Below, piece by piece: positions 1 through 10,624 of a DNA stretch of 64,000 nucleotides. A model generated the notes under the pieces. It saw nothing but the letters and a program-made list of their open reading frames with translations. It had not been told where the DNA came from and did no database searches. The stretch is from NCBI GenBank assembly GCA_965225945.1, contig CBDDBZ010000032.1, forward strand, positions 256,001-320,000, given 5' to 3'. Origin of the DNA: Alphaproteobacteria bacterium. Its GTDB lineage: Bacteria; Pseudomonadota; Alphaproteobacteria; GCA-2731375. Made by a program: the position numbers and the translations under genes. Position 1 is the first letter of the stretch; every line of letters starts with the position of its first letter.

Positions 1-1206
1 CAGTTCGGCCTTGGCGATGATGTTGCGCTGGATCTCGTTGGAGCCGGAATAGATCGAGACCTTGCGAAAGTGCAGATAGGCGGGCGTGCAGCCGTTGGCG
101 TACTCCGCGCCGATCGGCGGCTCGTTCCAGCCGTGGCTGAGCGCCGACAGGAGATAGGGCATGCCATAGTAGCCGACCGCCATCACCTTCAATTCGGTCA
201 ACCGCTGGTGGATCTCGGCTTGGCGGATTTTGAAGTGGTTGGCCTCGACGCCGATGACCTTCGTACCCAGCGCGCCGTCGCGGGAATAGCTGTCGATGGC
301 GCGCAGGTTGATCGCCTCCAGCGTGGCGAGCGCCAACGCGACCTCGGCGATTTGGCGCGCGAAGTCGGGGTCCTGGTCGAGCGGACGGCCGCCGGCCGTC
401 TCGTCCTCGGCGGCGATCCGTTTCAATTGGCGAAGCAAGGTCTTGTGGCTACCGAGGGAGCCGCCGGAAATCCGCTCGTGCGCCAGGAGGTACTTGGCGA
501 TGCCCCAGCCCCGGTCGATCTCGCCGACGGTGTTGGCGAGGGGCACCCGGACGTCGGTGAAGAACACCCGGTTGGTGTCGTGCAGGCCGTCCATCAGGAT
601 GATCGGCTCGATCTCGATTCCCGGGCTCGCCAGGTCGACCAGGACGAAGCTGATCCCCTCCTGCTTCTTGCCCCCCTGGGCCGTCCGGACCAGCAGAAAG
701 CACCAATCGGCCCAATGCGCCTTGGTGGTCCAGAGCTTGGCGCCGTTGATCACCCAGTCCTCGCCGTCGCGCACCGCGCGGGTCCTGAGCGAGGCCAGGT
801 CCGAACCCGCCTCCGGCTCCGAATAGCCCTGGCACCAGACATGCTCGGCCGAGAGCATCGGCGGCAGGAAGCGGCGTTTCTGCGCAGCCGTGCCATGGGC
901 CATCAGCACCGGGCCACACATGTTGAGGCCGAAGGTGACCAGGCGCGGCGCGCCGGCGAGGCCGAGCTCCTCGTCGAAGATGTACTTTTGCGTGAGCGTC
1001 CAGCCGGGACCGCCGTGCTCCTCGGGCCAGTTCGGCGCGACCCAGCCTCGGGCGTGGAGAATCCGGTGCCAGCCGATTACATCCTCGCGCTTGAGCTCGA
1101 TGCCGTTCTCGACCTTGTAACGGAGCGCCTCGGGCAGCGCGCGAGCGAGGAAGGCGCGCACCTCGCGGCGAAAGGCGTCGTCGGATTCCTCGAAGCGGAT
1201 ATCCAT
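1..1206 (-). CDS. Acyl-CoA dehydrogenase (PimC-like); 3' end runs off the window
   Basis: Manual translation from ATG 1206 gives MDIRFEESDDAFRREVRAFL...WCQGYSEPEAGSDLASL...RKVSIYSGSNEIQRNIIAKAEL, typical ACAD motifs. Not in the ORF track because the stop lies outside the window. Confidence 0.9.
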   Translation of the reverse strand, partial: MDIRFEESDDAFRREVRAFLARALPEALRYKVENGIELKREDVIGWHRILHARGWVAPNWPEEHGGPGWTLTQKYIFDEELGLAGAPRLVTFGLNMCGPVLMAHGTAAQKRRFLPPMLSAEHVWCQGYSEPEAGSDLASLRTRAVRDGEDWVINGAKLWTTKAHWADWCFLLVRTAQGGKKQEGISFVLVDLASPGIEIEPIILMDGLHDTNRVFFTDVRVPLANTVGEIDRGWGIAKYLLAHERISGGSLGSHKTLLRQLKRIAAEDETAGGRPLDQDPDFARQIAEVALALATLEAINLRAIDSYSRDGALGTKVIGVEANHFKIRQAEIHQRLTELKVMAVGYYGMPYLLSALSHGWNEPPIGAEYANGCTPAYLHFRKVSIYSGSNEIQRNIIAKAEL

Positions 1207-1364
1207 GGCGGGCGCGCCCGTGCGGGTCGTCGGGCGAGGTCCGAGCGTACGCCAGAGCCCCGGGGATGATCCAGGCCGCTTCACGGCGCCGGTCGCGCGG
1301 CGTATAGAGGGCCGGCGCGCCGAGCCGAGGTCGCGCCCGCCGGTGAACGAGGATCCGCCCCGCC

Positions 1365-2576
1365 ATGCTCGATCGAAGCGAGGAGCAAAAGGACAAGCTG
1401 GCGATCATCTTCTCGAACGTCGGCCACACTTATACCCACTTGTTCACGGTGCTCTACGCCACCGCCGTGCTCTACCTGCCCAAGGTCTTCGAGCTGCCCT
1501 ACGGCGAGATGTTGAGTCTCTCGAGCCTCGGCCTGGTGCTGTTCGGCGTGGCCGCGGTGCCGGCCGGCTGGCTCGCCGACCGCTGGAGCCGGATCGCCAT
1601 GTTGGTGGTGTTCTTCGTCGGCATGGGGGGCGGCGCGATCGTCACCGGGCTCGCGGACGGGCCGGAGATGCTGTTCGTCGGCCTGACCCTGATCGGCCTC
1701 TTCGCCGCGATCTATCACCCCGTCGGCATCGCCTGGATCGTCGCCTCGGCCAGGCGCCAGGGCATGTCGCTCGGCATCAACGGGGTCTTCGGCAACATCG
1801 GCAACGCCATCGCGCCGATCTTCGTCGGCCTGATGATCGACTATGTCGATTGGCGCGCAGCCTTCGTGCTGCCCGGCATCCTTTCGGTGCTGAGCGGCTT
1901 CGCCCTGCTGGTGGCCTGGCGGCGCGGCTGGGTCAGCGAAGCGACGACGGACCGGGCGCCCGCGCCCGCGCCCGATTCCGGTGCCTTGGTCCGGGTCTTC
2001 ATCGTGCTCACCATCACCATGGCCTGCACCGGATTCGTTTATGCCGGCCTCGCCAACACCATGCCGAAGCTGTTCGAATTGGGCCTCGGGCCCGAGCTCG
2101 TGGGCAGCTATACCCGGATCGGCGTCTTCGTCGGCGTGATCACCGGTTTTGCCTCGTTCAGCAGCATGATCGGCGGCTGGCTGGCGGATCGCTTCGCGGC
2201 GCGCTCGATTTACTTCGTCTTCTGGACCTTGCAGGTGCCGCTGCTGTTCGTCGTCGTCTCGCTCACCGGCGCCTCGCTGCTGGTCGCGACCTTCCTGGTG
2301 TTGAGCTTCAACCTTGCCTTCACGGCGGCCGAGAACATGCTGGTTGCCCACTACACGCCCTTCCGCTGGCGCTCGCTCGCCTATGGCGCCAAGTTCGTGC
2401 TGGCCTTGGGCGTCGGCGGGCTGACGGTGCATCTCGCCGGCTCGATGTTCGATCGGGACGGCGGCTTCGCGCTGCTCTATAGCCTCTTCGCCGTGGCGGC
2501 GATCGCGGCGGCGGTGATCGCGCTCCTGCTGCCGGGCCGCCGGCGCCCGGCCACGGTCCCCCTCGGCGCCGATTGA
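1365..2576 (+). CDS. MFS transporter
   Basis: 403 aa, about 12 hydrophobic segments, GWLADRWSR and GWLADRFAAR MFS loop motifs. Confidence 0.9.
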   Translation: MLDRSEEQKDKLAIIFSNVGHTYTHLFTVLYATAVLYLPKVFELPYGEMLSLSSLGLVLFGVAAVPAGWLADRWSRIAMLVVFFVGMGGGAIVTGLADGPEMLFVGLTLIGLFAAIYHPVGIAWIVASARRQGMSLGINGVFGNIGNAIAPIFVGLMIDYVDWRAAFVLPGILSVLSGFALLVAWRRGWVSEATTDRAPAPAPDSGALVRVFIVLTITMACTGFVYAGLANTMPKLFELGLGPELVGSYTRIGVFVGVITGFASFSSMIGGWLADRFAARSIYFVFWTLQVPLLFVVVSLTGASLLVATFLVLSFNLAFTAAENMLVAHYTPFRWRSLAYGAKFVLALGVGGLTVHLAGSMFDRDGGFALLYSLFAVAAIAAAVIALLLPGRRRPATVPLGAD

Positions 2577-2690
2577 CCTCAGCTTTCGGCGCCCAAGGAG
2601 CGCCCGCCGAGCCGCCTCGAGGGCGGATTCGGCCGCATCAACACGGGAAATAGGATTGCGAGGCGAAAGCCGGTGGGACTTATTTCACGA

Positions 2691-4175
2691 TCAGCGAATC
2701 CAGGCCAAGGCGTAGTATACGGCCGCCGAGATGGTCGCGGTTGCCGGCACGGTGATGAGCCACGCCGCGATGATGGTGAGGAAATGGCTGCGTCTAACCA
2801 GCTTGCGGTGGCGCAATTCCTCGGCTCCAAGCGCGATTTCGCCAGCCTTGCCGGCGTCGCGGCGCTGGCCGACGATCTTCCGCCGCTTCTTGCTGTGCTT
2901 GGTAAAGTACTCGCGAAAGAACCCAACGCCGAAGACCGCCCCCACCGCGATATGCGTGGAAGAGACGGGCAAGCCGAACCACGAGGCGACGATCACCGTG
3001 ATTGCCGCCGACAAGGCGACGCAATAGGCCCGCATCGGGTTCATCTTGGTGATTTTGTCACCGACCATCCGGATCAGCTTGGGGCCGTAGAGGAAGAGCC
3101 CCAGGCTGATCCCGAAGGCGCCGATCATCATGATCCACGTCGGGATCTCGACCTTTCCGGCGACGTCACCGAACTGAACGCTATGCAGGATGGCGGCCAG
3201 GGGCGCGATCGCGTTGGCCACGTCGTTGGCCCCGTGCGCGAAGGACAGCAACGCGGCGGAGCAAATCAGAGGAATGCGAAACAGCGTCCTGAGCGATTGG
3301 TTGCGGTTTTCCATCCCCGCCGACTGCCGCCAAATCAGCGGGCGCATCACCAGCCAGGTGATCGCGAAGCAAACCAAACCGATCATCGCCGTCGTGACTT
3401 GGCTCGGATGCCAGACGCGCTTGAGCCCCTTGACCGACAGATAATATGCGAAGGCACCGGCCATGATCGCCACGAGTAACGGCACCCAGCGCCGTGCCGC
3501 GGCGATCTTGTCGTCCTGGTAGATTACCTTGATTTTTATCAAGGCGAGGAACAGGGCGGCAATGACGCCGCCCATGACCGGCGAGAGTATCCAACTCGCG
3601 GCGATCGCGCCCATGGTCCCCCAATTGACGAGTTGGAATCCAACGGCGGCGATGCCCGCCCCCACCACGCCGCCGACCACCGCATGCGTGGTCGAGACAG
3701 GGGCGCCGATATAGGTCGCCAGATTGACCCAAACCGCCGAGGAAATGAGTGCCGCCATCATCGCCCAGACGAAAGTGCTGCTGTCGGCGACCTGGGCCGG
3801 ATCGATGATGCCCTTCGACACCGTCGCCACCACGTCGCCGCCCGCGATCAGCGCGCCCGCGCTCTCGAAGACCGCCGCGATCAGCAAGGCACCGACCATG
3901 GTCAGCGCGCGCGAGCCGACCGCCGGGCCGACGTTGTTGGCGACGTCGTTGGCGCCGATGTTGAGCGCCATGTAACCGCCTAGGATCGCGGCGAAAATGA
4001 CCGTCGCGGTATCGGCGGCGACGCCGGATTGGATGGCGGCGATCAGCGCGGTCGAACCGAGGAAGACCAGCGCGAAGCCGTGCGAAGCGATACCGCTCGC
4101 CGTCGTACGGACCGCCACCTCGACGTGAACGATCTTCTCGAGGTCCTTGTCGAGCGTTTGTTTCGTCGGGGTCAT
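2691..4175 (-). CDS. pit: PiT-family inorganic phosphate transporter
   Basis: Two GANDVAN signatures, PVSTTH and PVSSTH motifs. Confidence 0.93.
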   Translation of the reverse strand: MTPTKQTLDKDLEKIVHVEVAVRTTASGIASHGFALVFLGSTALIAAIQSGVAADTATVIFAAILGGYMALNIGANDVANNVGPAVGSRALTMVGALLIAAVFESAGALIAGGDVVATVSKGIIDPAQVADSSTFVWAMMAALISSAVWVNLATYIGAPVSTTHAVVGGVVGAGIAAVGFQLVNWGTMGAIAASWILSPVMGGVIAALFLALIKIKVIYQDDKIAAARRWVPLLVAIMAGAFAYYLSVKGLKRVWHPSQVTTAMIGLVCFAITWLVMRPLIWRQSAGMENRNQSLRTLFRIPLICSAALLSFAHGANDVANAIAPLAAILHSVQFGDVAGKVEIPTWIMMIGAFGISLGLFLYGPKLIRMVGDKITKMNPMRAYCVALSAAITVIVASWFGLPVSSTHIAVGAVFGVGFFREYFTKHSKKRRKIVGQRRDAGKAGEIALGAEELRHRKLVRRSHFLTIIAAWLITVPATATISAAVYYALAWIR

Positions 4176-4602
4176 GAATAGTTACTTCAGGTGGTCGTGG
4201 GAGTGGCCGCCTGGCGCGGTCTGCCTACCTGCCACGCTCGTCGAGTCAGTGTATCGAAAGCCTGAAATGCTCGTGCCGAGGCCGTCGTTCGCTCGGGGCT
4301 TCTCGTGGCGCCGAGCGGCGCGCCTTCGCTACCCGTCAAGTCCTCGAGAATACCGGCCAAGCCATCAACATCCAAAAGGCCCGACGGCTCCAAACCCCTT
4401 CTCGGCCTCCCACCTCGAATTTGATTATGAATCGAATCTATCACCAATTCGCAAGCGCTTCACCCATCGTCTTTCGGCTCGCGCGGAGCGCGCGTTTCTT
4501 GGTCTATCGCCGGGCCGCCGTTCCGACCTATGATGGGCCGGAGCGCCACGACGCAATGGGGCTCCGCGCGCGGAGCCTTCGCCAGCCGCAGGGGAGAGAG
4601 CC

Positions 4603-5394
4603 GTGCTCGTCGAGCAAATCTGGACCGCCAACGCATACCGAAATTTCAACTACCTGATCGCCTGTCCCGAGACCGGCGAAGCGCTCGCGATCGATCCCCT
4701 CGACCACGAAAAGTGCCTGGCCAAGGCCAAGGACAAGGGCTGGGAGATCACCCAGATCGTCAACACCCATGAGCACGGCGATCACACCGGCGGCAACAAG
4801 GCGATGATCGAGGCCACCGGCGCGCGCCTCCTCGCGCACGCCAACGCCCGCGACAAGATTCGGGGCATGGACACGGGGCTCGGCGCCGGCGACGTGGTCA
4901 AGGTCGGCCGTACCGTGGAGCTGGAGGCCCTCGATACCCCCGGCCATACCATGAGCCACGTCTGCCTGCTGTCACGGACGGAACAGCCGGCGCTGTTCTG
5001 CGGCGACACGCTGTTCAACGCGGGCGCCGGCAACTGCCACAACGGCGGCCATCCGAACGAGCTCTACCAGACCTTCGTCGAGCAGTTGTCGCGGCTCCCC
5101 GACGCCACCATGATCTATCCGGGCCACGACTACATCGAGAACAACCTCCGCTTCACCCTCGACCGGGAGCCGGACAATGCCCGGGCCAAGGCGTTGCTGG
5201 ACGAAATCGGCGATCAGGACACGGACGCGGCGATGGTGACGACCCTGGCGCTGGAGAAGGAGGTGAATACTTTTTTCCGCCTCGCCAATCCCTCGGTTGC
5301 CCAGGCGCTTCGCGAGAGCTTCCCCGACCTTCCCGTCGAACTCGACGCCAAGACCGTGTTCTTGAAGCTTCGGGAGTTGCGCAACAGCTGGTGA
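4603..5394 (+). CDS. gloB: Hydroxyacylglutathione hydrolase (glyoxalase II)-like metallo-beta-lactamase
   Basis: THEHGDHTGG, TPGHT, FCGDTLF and YPGHDY motifs; EKEVNTFFR C-terminal domain. Confidence 0.85.
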   Translation: MLVEQIWTANAYRNFNYLIACPETGEALAIDPLDHEKCLAKAKDKGWEITQIVNTHEHGDHTGGNKAMIEATGARLLAHANARDKIRGMDTGLGAGDVVKVGRTVELEALDTPGHTMSHVCLLSRTEQPALFCGDTLFNAGAGNCHNGGHPNELYQTFVEQLSRLPDATMIYPGHDYIENNLRFTLDREPDNARAKALLDEIGDQDTDAAMVTTLALEKEVNTFFRLANPSVAQALRESFPDLPVELDAKTVFLKLRELRNSW

Positions 5395-5431
5395 ACGTTT
5401 CGACCCACGGACGTCGCGGGCCGCCGCTCGC

Positions 5432-6685
5432 GTGACCGTCCAGGGGGGCACGGGCCCCGCCGCGTTGCTGGCCGAGGGCGAATTCGTCAAGATCTGGCTT
5501 GCCGGCGCCGCCGCCAATACGGCTCGCTGGGTCGAGATCCTGGCGATCGGCGTCTTCGTCTTCGATACCACCGGCTCGCCGTTCCTGGTGGCCTCGATGG
5601 TGGTCTTGCGCGCCCTGCCGATCTTCCTCTTCGGCTCGCTGGCGGGCGCGCTCGCCGCCAACCTGGATCGCAGACGTTTCTACATGACGGCCCTGGTGGC
5701 CATGTTGCTCGTCGCCATCGGCCTCGCCGCCACCGCGCAAGCCGGCGCCATCCCGCTCTGGCTGATCGCGCTCGGCGCCTTCCTTTCCGGCGTCGCCTGG
5801 TCGAGCGAGCATCCGGTCCGCCGCGTGCTCCTGAGCGAGATCGCCGGGCGGGAGCGCCTGGGCGCGGCCATGGCGCTGGAATCGGCGAGCAACAACGCCA
5901 CGCGTCTGGTCGGGCCGCTTTTGGGCGGCCTGACCTACGAGCTGGCGGGCCTGGCCGGCGCCTACATGATCGGCGTGGCGCTGCTCCTCCTCGCCCTGGT
6001 GGGGATGGCGACGCTCCGGCCTCGGGCGCCGTCGGGCGCGGGGCCTCGGGGTCGCCTTCTGGCCAACCTGTCGGAGGGGTTCCGTTACGTCCGTCGCAGC
6101 CGCGCCGTGCTCGGCGTGCTGGCGGTGACGATGATCCTGAACGTCTTCGGTTTTCCCTACGCCGTCATGATCCCGGTCATCGGCAAGGACGTCATGGGAC
6201 TGGGACCCACCCTGGTGGGCGGGCTTTCGGCGGTGGAGGCCCTGGGTGCGCTGGTCGCCGCCACGCTGGGCGCGATTGTCCTGCGCCCGCCCTGGTATGG
6301 CCGCGCCTATCTCTACGGCTCGGCCGCCTTCCTCGTCTCGGTGCTGATCTTCTCCTTCGTCGACGGCTTCGCGCCCGCCCTGGTCGTCTTGGGCGTAGGC
6401 GGGCTCGGCGCCGCCGGCTTCGCCATCATGCAAGGCACCTTGATCATGCTGGCGGTACCCTTCGAGATGCGGAGCCGCGCCATGGGGCTGCTCGCCGTCG
6501 CTATCGGCACCGGCCCGCTCGGCCTGCTGCATCTCGGGCTGATGGCGGATTGGCTCGGTGCCCAGCAGGCGGTGACGGTGATGTCGCTGGAGGGTCTGGC
6601 GCTGTTGCTCGCGGCGGCGCTGTATTGGCCGGAGCTGCGCGGGCCGCCGCGCACGCCGATCGAGGACGATCCACGCGTCAGGTAA
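5432..6685 (+). CDS. MFS transporter
   Basis: 417 aa polytopic membrane protein; LVGPLLGG and RSRAMG motifs. Confidence 0.85.
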   Translation: MTVQGGTGPAALLAEGEFVKIWLAGAAANTARWVEILAIGVFVFDTTGSPFLVASMVVLRALPIFLFGSLAGALAANLDRRRFYMTALVAMLLVAIGLAATAQAGAIPLWLIALGAFLSGVAWSSEHPVRRVLLSEIAGRERLGAAMALESASNNATRLVGPLLGGLTYELAGLAGAYMIGVALLLLALVGMATLRPRAPSGAGPRGRLLANLSEGFRYVRRSRAVLGVLAVTMILNVFGFPYAVMIPVIGKDVMGLGPTLVGGLSAVEALGALVAATLGAIVLRPPWYGRAYLYGSAAFLVSVLIFSFVDGFAPALVVLGVGGLGAAGFAIMQGTLIMLAVPFEMRSRAMGLLAVAIGTGPLGLLHLGLMADWLGAQQAVTVMSLEGLALLLAAALYWPELRGPPRTPIEDDPRVR

Positions 6686-6830
6686 CGGAGCGGCGTATCT
6701 TGTTGGCCGGCCGGTCCCCTTCCCGTCCCGCCATCACCGCCTCCAGCGCCTCGACCGCCCGGAGGATGTCCAGATGGCCGAGAGCAAGCGGCGAAAGGCC
6801 GAAGCGCAGGATGTCCGGCGACGAATTGCC
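6678..6830 (-). pseudogene. kynU: C-terminal remnant of kynureninase
   Basis: PDILRFGLSPLALGHLDILRAVEALEAVMAGREGDRPANKIRRSVT* resembles the proteobacterial KynU C-terminus (PDILRFGFxPL...VT*); the rest of the gene is absent. Confidence 0.6.
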
Positions 6831-6902
6831 GGTCGCGGCAGCAACACGCCATCTCCACTTCTTCGACTCCGAAAGCGGCACCCGCCTCCACGCCGCCTAG
6901 CC

Positions 6903-7883
6903 GTGCGCAAGGTCCTCGCCCTCGCCTCGGTCCTCCTCGTCGTCACCTGCGCGGCTTCCGCCTTCGATCTGCAAGGCCACCGCGGCGCCCGGGGCCTGGC
7001 GCCGGAGAACACGCTCGCCGGTTTCGCCGTGGCGCTCGGCCTCGGCGTCACGACGCTGGAACTCGACGTCGGCGTCAGCGCCGATGGCGTGGTCGTGGTC
7101 AGCCATGACGCGGTGCTCAACCCCAGCCTGGCGCGGGGCCCGGACGGCGAATACGTGCCCACGCGCGAGCGGCGAATTCGCGACCTGAGCCTGGCGGAGC
7201 TTCGCCGCTACGATGTCGGCCGAATCAAGCCCGGGAGCCGTTACGCCGGCCGCTTCCCCGAGCAGCGAACGGTGGACGGCGCTGGCATTCCGACGCTGGC
7301 AGAGGTGTTCGAGCTGACCGCGAAGGCGGGCAACGATTCGGTCCGCTTCAACATCGAGACCAAGATCCGCCCGACGGCGCCGGACGCCACGGTCTCGCCC
7401 GAGGTCTTCGTCGAGGCGCTGCTCGCCGCGATTCGATCGGCCGGCCTCGCCCGGCGGGTGACGATCCAATCGTTCGATTGGCGCACGCTCCGCCTGGTGC
7501 AGGCGCGTGAGCCGGCGATTCCCACCGTCTGCCTGACGGTGGAAGCCCGCTGGCTCGACAACGTCCAGCGCGGCGAGCCCGGCGCCTCGCCCTGGACGGC
7601 GGGCGTCGACTTCGACGATGGCGGCGGAATCGCCGACATGGCACGCCGCGCCGGCTGCGCCGTCTGGTCGCCCTATCACGAGAATCTGACGCCCGCGGAA
7701 TTGGCCCAGGCCCGGGCGGCGGGCCTGCGGGTCGTGCCGTGGACGGTGAACGAACCCGAACGCATGACCGAACTGATCGACTTAGGCGTCGACGGCCTGA
7801 TCACCGATTTCCCCGATCGGCTGCGCAAGGTCATGGCCGCCCGCGCCATGGCGCTGCCGGCCCCCACGCCGGTGAAACCTTGA
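6903..7883 (+). CDS. Periplasmic glycerophosphodiester phosphodiesterase
   Basis: Signal peptide from GTG 6903; GHRGARGLAPENT, ELDV, NIETK, IQSFD, WTVN and DGLITDFP motifs. Confidence 0.92.
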   Translation: MRKVLALASVLLVVTCAASAFDLQGHRGARGLAPENTLAGFAVALGLGVTTLELDVGVSADGVVVVSHDAVLNPSLARGPDGEYVPTRERRIRDLSLAELRRYDVGRIKPGSRYAGRFPEQRTVDGAGIPTLAEVFELTAKAGNDSVRFNIETKIRPTAPDATVSPEVFVEALLAAIRSAGLARRVTIQSFDWRTLRLVQAREPAIPTVCLTVEARWLDNVQRGEPGASPWTAGVDFDDGGGIADMARRAGCAVWSPYHENLTPAELAQARAAGLRVVPWTVNEPERMTELIDLGVDGLITDFPDRLRKVMAARAMALPAPTPVKP

Positions 7884-7914
7884 AGCGGCGATCGCTCGCC
7901 GGCGATCTCGTTTC

Positions 7915-9996
7915 TCAGGCGGGGCGGATCCAGATCGCGTTGTCGTGGAAGGCGCCGCCGCCGATCGGCGCCACCGCGTCGGCACCGGTCAGCGCATTGA
8001 TGCCGATGCCTTCCTCGAAGGCGGCGTTGGGCCAGACGCTCTCGACGACCACCACGCCCCGCCGAACGCCGTCGTGCGCCTCGAGATGGATCACCACCGT
8101 GCCCCGATCGTTGCCGAGGCGAACCCGCTCGCCCTCCCCAACGCCGAATTCGGCCATGTCGTCGGGGTGCATCTTCACCGTCGGCCGGACCTCGCGGCGG
8201 ATCGAGGTCGGGGTCTCGGTGAAGGATGAATTGAGGTAGTTGCGGGCCGGCGCGGTCACCAGGCGGAAGGGCATCCGCGCCGTCTGCGCCTCGATCACCT
8301 CCCAATGGTCGGGGAGGCGCGGGCGGGCCTCGCTCCAGCCCGCCGGCCCGAAGTCGCCGACACTCCACTGCTCCCAGTCGGGCGCGAAATGGTATTTGCC
8401 GTCGGCGTTGGCGAAGCCGTTCAGGTAATGCGCGGTCTCGAAATCCGGCTGGGCGTCATGCCAATGGCGTTCCTCCAGCACGTCGAAACCGGGATAGCCC
8501 GAGGCCTTCAGCGTCCAGTCGGCGAGCTGCCTGGCGGTCATCTCGAAGCCCGGATGGCTGACGCCGAGCCGTTTCGCGAGCCCCTGCAACACCTCGTGGT
8601 TGGAGCGGCAGCCTTCCGGCGGCTCGACGATCCTCGGTCCCGGGATGACGTATTGATGGCCGCCGCCTTGATAGATGTCGTCGTGCTCCAGGAACATCGT
8701 CGCCGGCAGCACGATGTCGGCCATGGCCGCGGTTTCGGTCATGAACTGCTCGTGCACCACGGTGAAGAGGTCGTCGCGGGCGAAGCCGGCGCGGACCTTG
8801 TTCAGATCCGGCGCGATCATCATCGGGTTGGTGTTCTGGATGAAGAGGGCGGTCACCGGCGGGCCGCCCCTGAGCGGCTCCGCCTCGCCGGTCAGGATCG
8901 GGCCGATCCGCGTCTGGTCCAACATCCGGATCGAGCGGTCGCGGACGTCCAGCCCCTCGATCATGGACTTGTCCCAGCCGAAGATGGAGCCGTTGTTGTG
9001 GAAGGCGCCGCCGCCTTCGTATTGCCAGGCCCCGGTCACCGCCGCGATCGAGAGAGCTGCGTGCATGTTGAAGGCGCCGTTGCGATTGCGCGTGAAGCCG
9101 TAGCCGAGGCGCAGGTAGGTCCGCTTGGTCTCGCCGACGAGCTTGGCGAAGGCCTCGATCTCGGCCACCGGAACCGCGGTGATGGCGGAGGCCCATTCCG
9201 GCGTCCGGGTGGCGAGATGAGCCTCCAGCTCGGCCGGGCAATCGGTGTATTTCGCTAGATAGTCCCGGTCGGCATGACCGTCGCGGAACAGTACGTGCAT
9301 CACCGCGCAGGCGAATGCGCCGTCGGTGCCGGGCTTGAGGCAGATCTGGATGTCGGCCTGTTCCATCGTGCCGGTGCGGTAGACGTCGACGACCGCGATC
9401 CGAGCGCCGCGTTGCTTACGCGCGCGGGTCGCGTGGGTCATGACGTTAACCTGGGTGTTGACCGGGTTGGTGCCCCAGATCACCACCAGGTCGGATTTCG
9501 CCATTTCCCGGGGGTCGGCGCCGGCGAGCTTGCCGGTACCGGCAATGAAACCGTTCCAGGCGAGGGTCACGCAGATCGTCGAATGCTGGCCCGAGTATTT
9601 CTTGGCGTGGCGCAGGCGGTGAATGCCGTCGCGCATCACCAGGCCCATGGTGCCGGCGTAGAAGTAGGGCCAGACGGTCTCGGAGCCGAAGCTCCGTTCG
9701 GCCTTCGTCAGGCCCTCCGCCGTCTCGTCGAGGGCGTCTTCCCAGGAGATCGGCTGGAACTCGGCGCTCCCCTTGGCGCCGACGCGGCGCATCGGTCGAG
9801 TTAGGCGGTCGGGATGATGGATGCGCTCGGCGTAGCGGGCGACCTTGGCGCAGATCACGCCGGCCGTATAGCCGTTGTCCTTGGCGCCCCGGATCCGGCC
9901 GATCGTGCGCGGGTCCAGCCGTTCGACCTCCAGCGCGCAGGTCGAGGGGCAATCGTGGGGACAGGCGCTGTAGCGGATTTCCGGTCGGGCGTTCAC
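7915..9996 (-). CDS. Molybdopterin (bis-MGD) oxidoreductase, DMSO reductase superfamily
   Basis: CPHDCPSTC...C 4Fe-4S motif, TETAAMADIVLPAT, C-terminal dinucleotide-binding domain. Confidence 0.9.
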   Translation of the reverse strand: MNARPEIRYSACPHDCPSTCALEVERLDPRTIGRIRGAKDNGYTAGVICAKVARYAERIHHPDRLTRPMRRVGAKGSAEFQPISWEDALDETAEGLTKAERSFGSETVWPYFYAGTMGLVMRDGIHRLRHAKKYSGQHSTICVTLAWNGFIAGTGKLAGADPREMAKSDLVVIWGTNPVNTQVNVMTHATRARKQRGARIAVVDVYRTGTMEQADIQICLKPGTDGAFACAVMHVLFRDGHADRDYLAKYTDCPAELEAHLATRTPEWASAITAVPVAEIEAFAKLVGETKRTYLRLGYGFTRNRNGAFNMHAALSIAAVTGAWQYEGGGAFHNNGSIFGWDKSMIEGLDVRDRSIRMLDQTRIGPILTGEAEPLRGGPPVTALFIQNTNPMMIAPDLNKVRAGFARDDLFTVVHEQFMTETAAMADIVLPATMFLEHDDIYQGGGHQYVIPGPRIVEPPEGCRSNHEVLQGLAKRLGVSHPGFEMTARQLADWTLKASGYPGFDVLEERHWHDAQPDFETAHYLNGFANADGKYHFAPDWEQWSVGDFGPAGWSEARPRLPDHWEVIEAQTARMPFRLVTAPARNYLNSSFTETPTSIRREVRPTVKMHPDDMAEFGVGEGERVRLGNDRGTVVIHLEAHDGVRRGVVVVESVWPNAAFEEGIGINALTGADAVAPIGGGAFHDNAIWIRPA

Positions 9997-10105
9997 GACG
10001 CGACTCCTCCTGGCGACGACGGCTCGCTCGACACCATGTCGACTTCACCCCAATGGCGCAAGAACTCCCGATCCCTTGTCCGGCGCGCCGTAGCCGGCGG
10101 ATCGT

Positions 10106-10624
10106 TCAATCGCGCGGTGGCGGCGGTGGCGGTGGGCCGTCGTGGCGGCGACGGCCGTGACGGCCGCGCTGGCGAGTCATCCGTTCGGCCAGCAGGCGGC
10201 GGGTCTCGGGGTCGACCCGCTCGATCAGCTCGACCATCGCCGCATGCACCCGGGCATGCGCATCGCCCGATCGCGCGCGCAATTCGTCGAACGCGCGGGT
10301 CAGGCGATTGGGCTCGTAGGGCACGGCGATCAGGGCGTCGTGCGCCTCCCGCCGGGCCCGGTGGAGCGCACGGAAGGCGGCGCCGATCTCGCCGCCACGC
10401 CGCTCCAGGATTTGCCGGGCCTCGGCCCGAGCCGGCTCCGGCAGGCGCTCGGCCATGCGCAGGATGTCGAGGCGCGGCGGGCCCAGGTGAAAGGCGCGGC
10501 CAGCGGCCGGTGGATCCCGCCAGTCGCGGATCCAGCCACCGAGGAGTATCCCACCCCCGAACAGGTTGACGGCGAGGGAGCCAGCCAGCAACCAGCCGAG
10601 CCATTTGCCGCCGGGAAAGGTCAT
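10106..10624 (-). CDS. Periplasmic heavy-metal sensor / Spy-CpxP-like protein
   Basis: MTFPGGKWLGWLLAGSLAVNLF (SLxxNL TM motif) followed by a helical Arg-rich domain; ATGA overlap with the upstream gene. Confidence 0.75.
   Translation of the reverse strand: MTFPGGKWLGWLLAGSLAVNLFGGGILLGGWIRDWRDPPAAGRAFHLGPPRLDILRMAERLPEPARAEARQILERRGGEIGAAFRALHRARREAHDALIAVPYEPNRLTRAFDELRARSGDAHARVHAAMVELIERVDPETRRLLAERMTRQRGRHGRRRHDGPPPPPPPRD

Noticed and set aside
4187-4447. 86-aa ORF or riboswitch upstream of pit
   Set aside because: No recognisable protein or RNA motif; it could be a remnant but I cannot support that.
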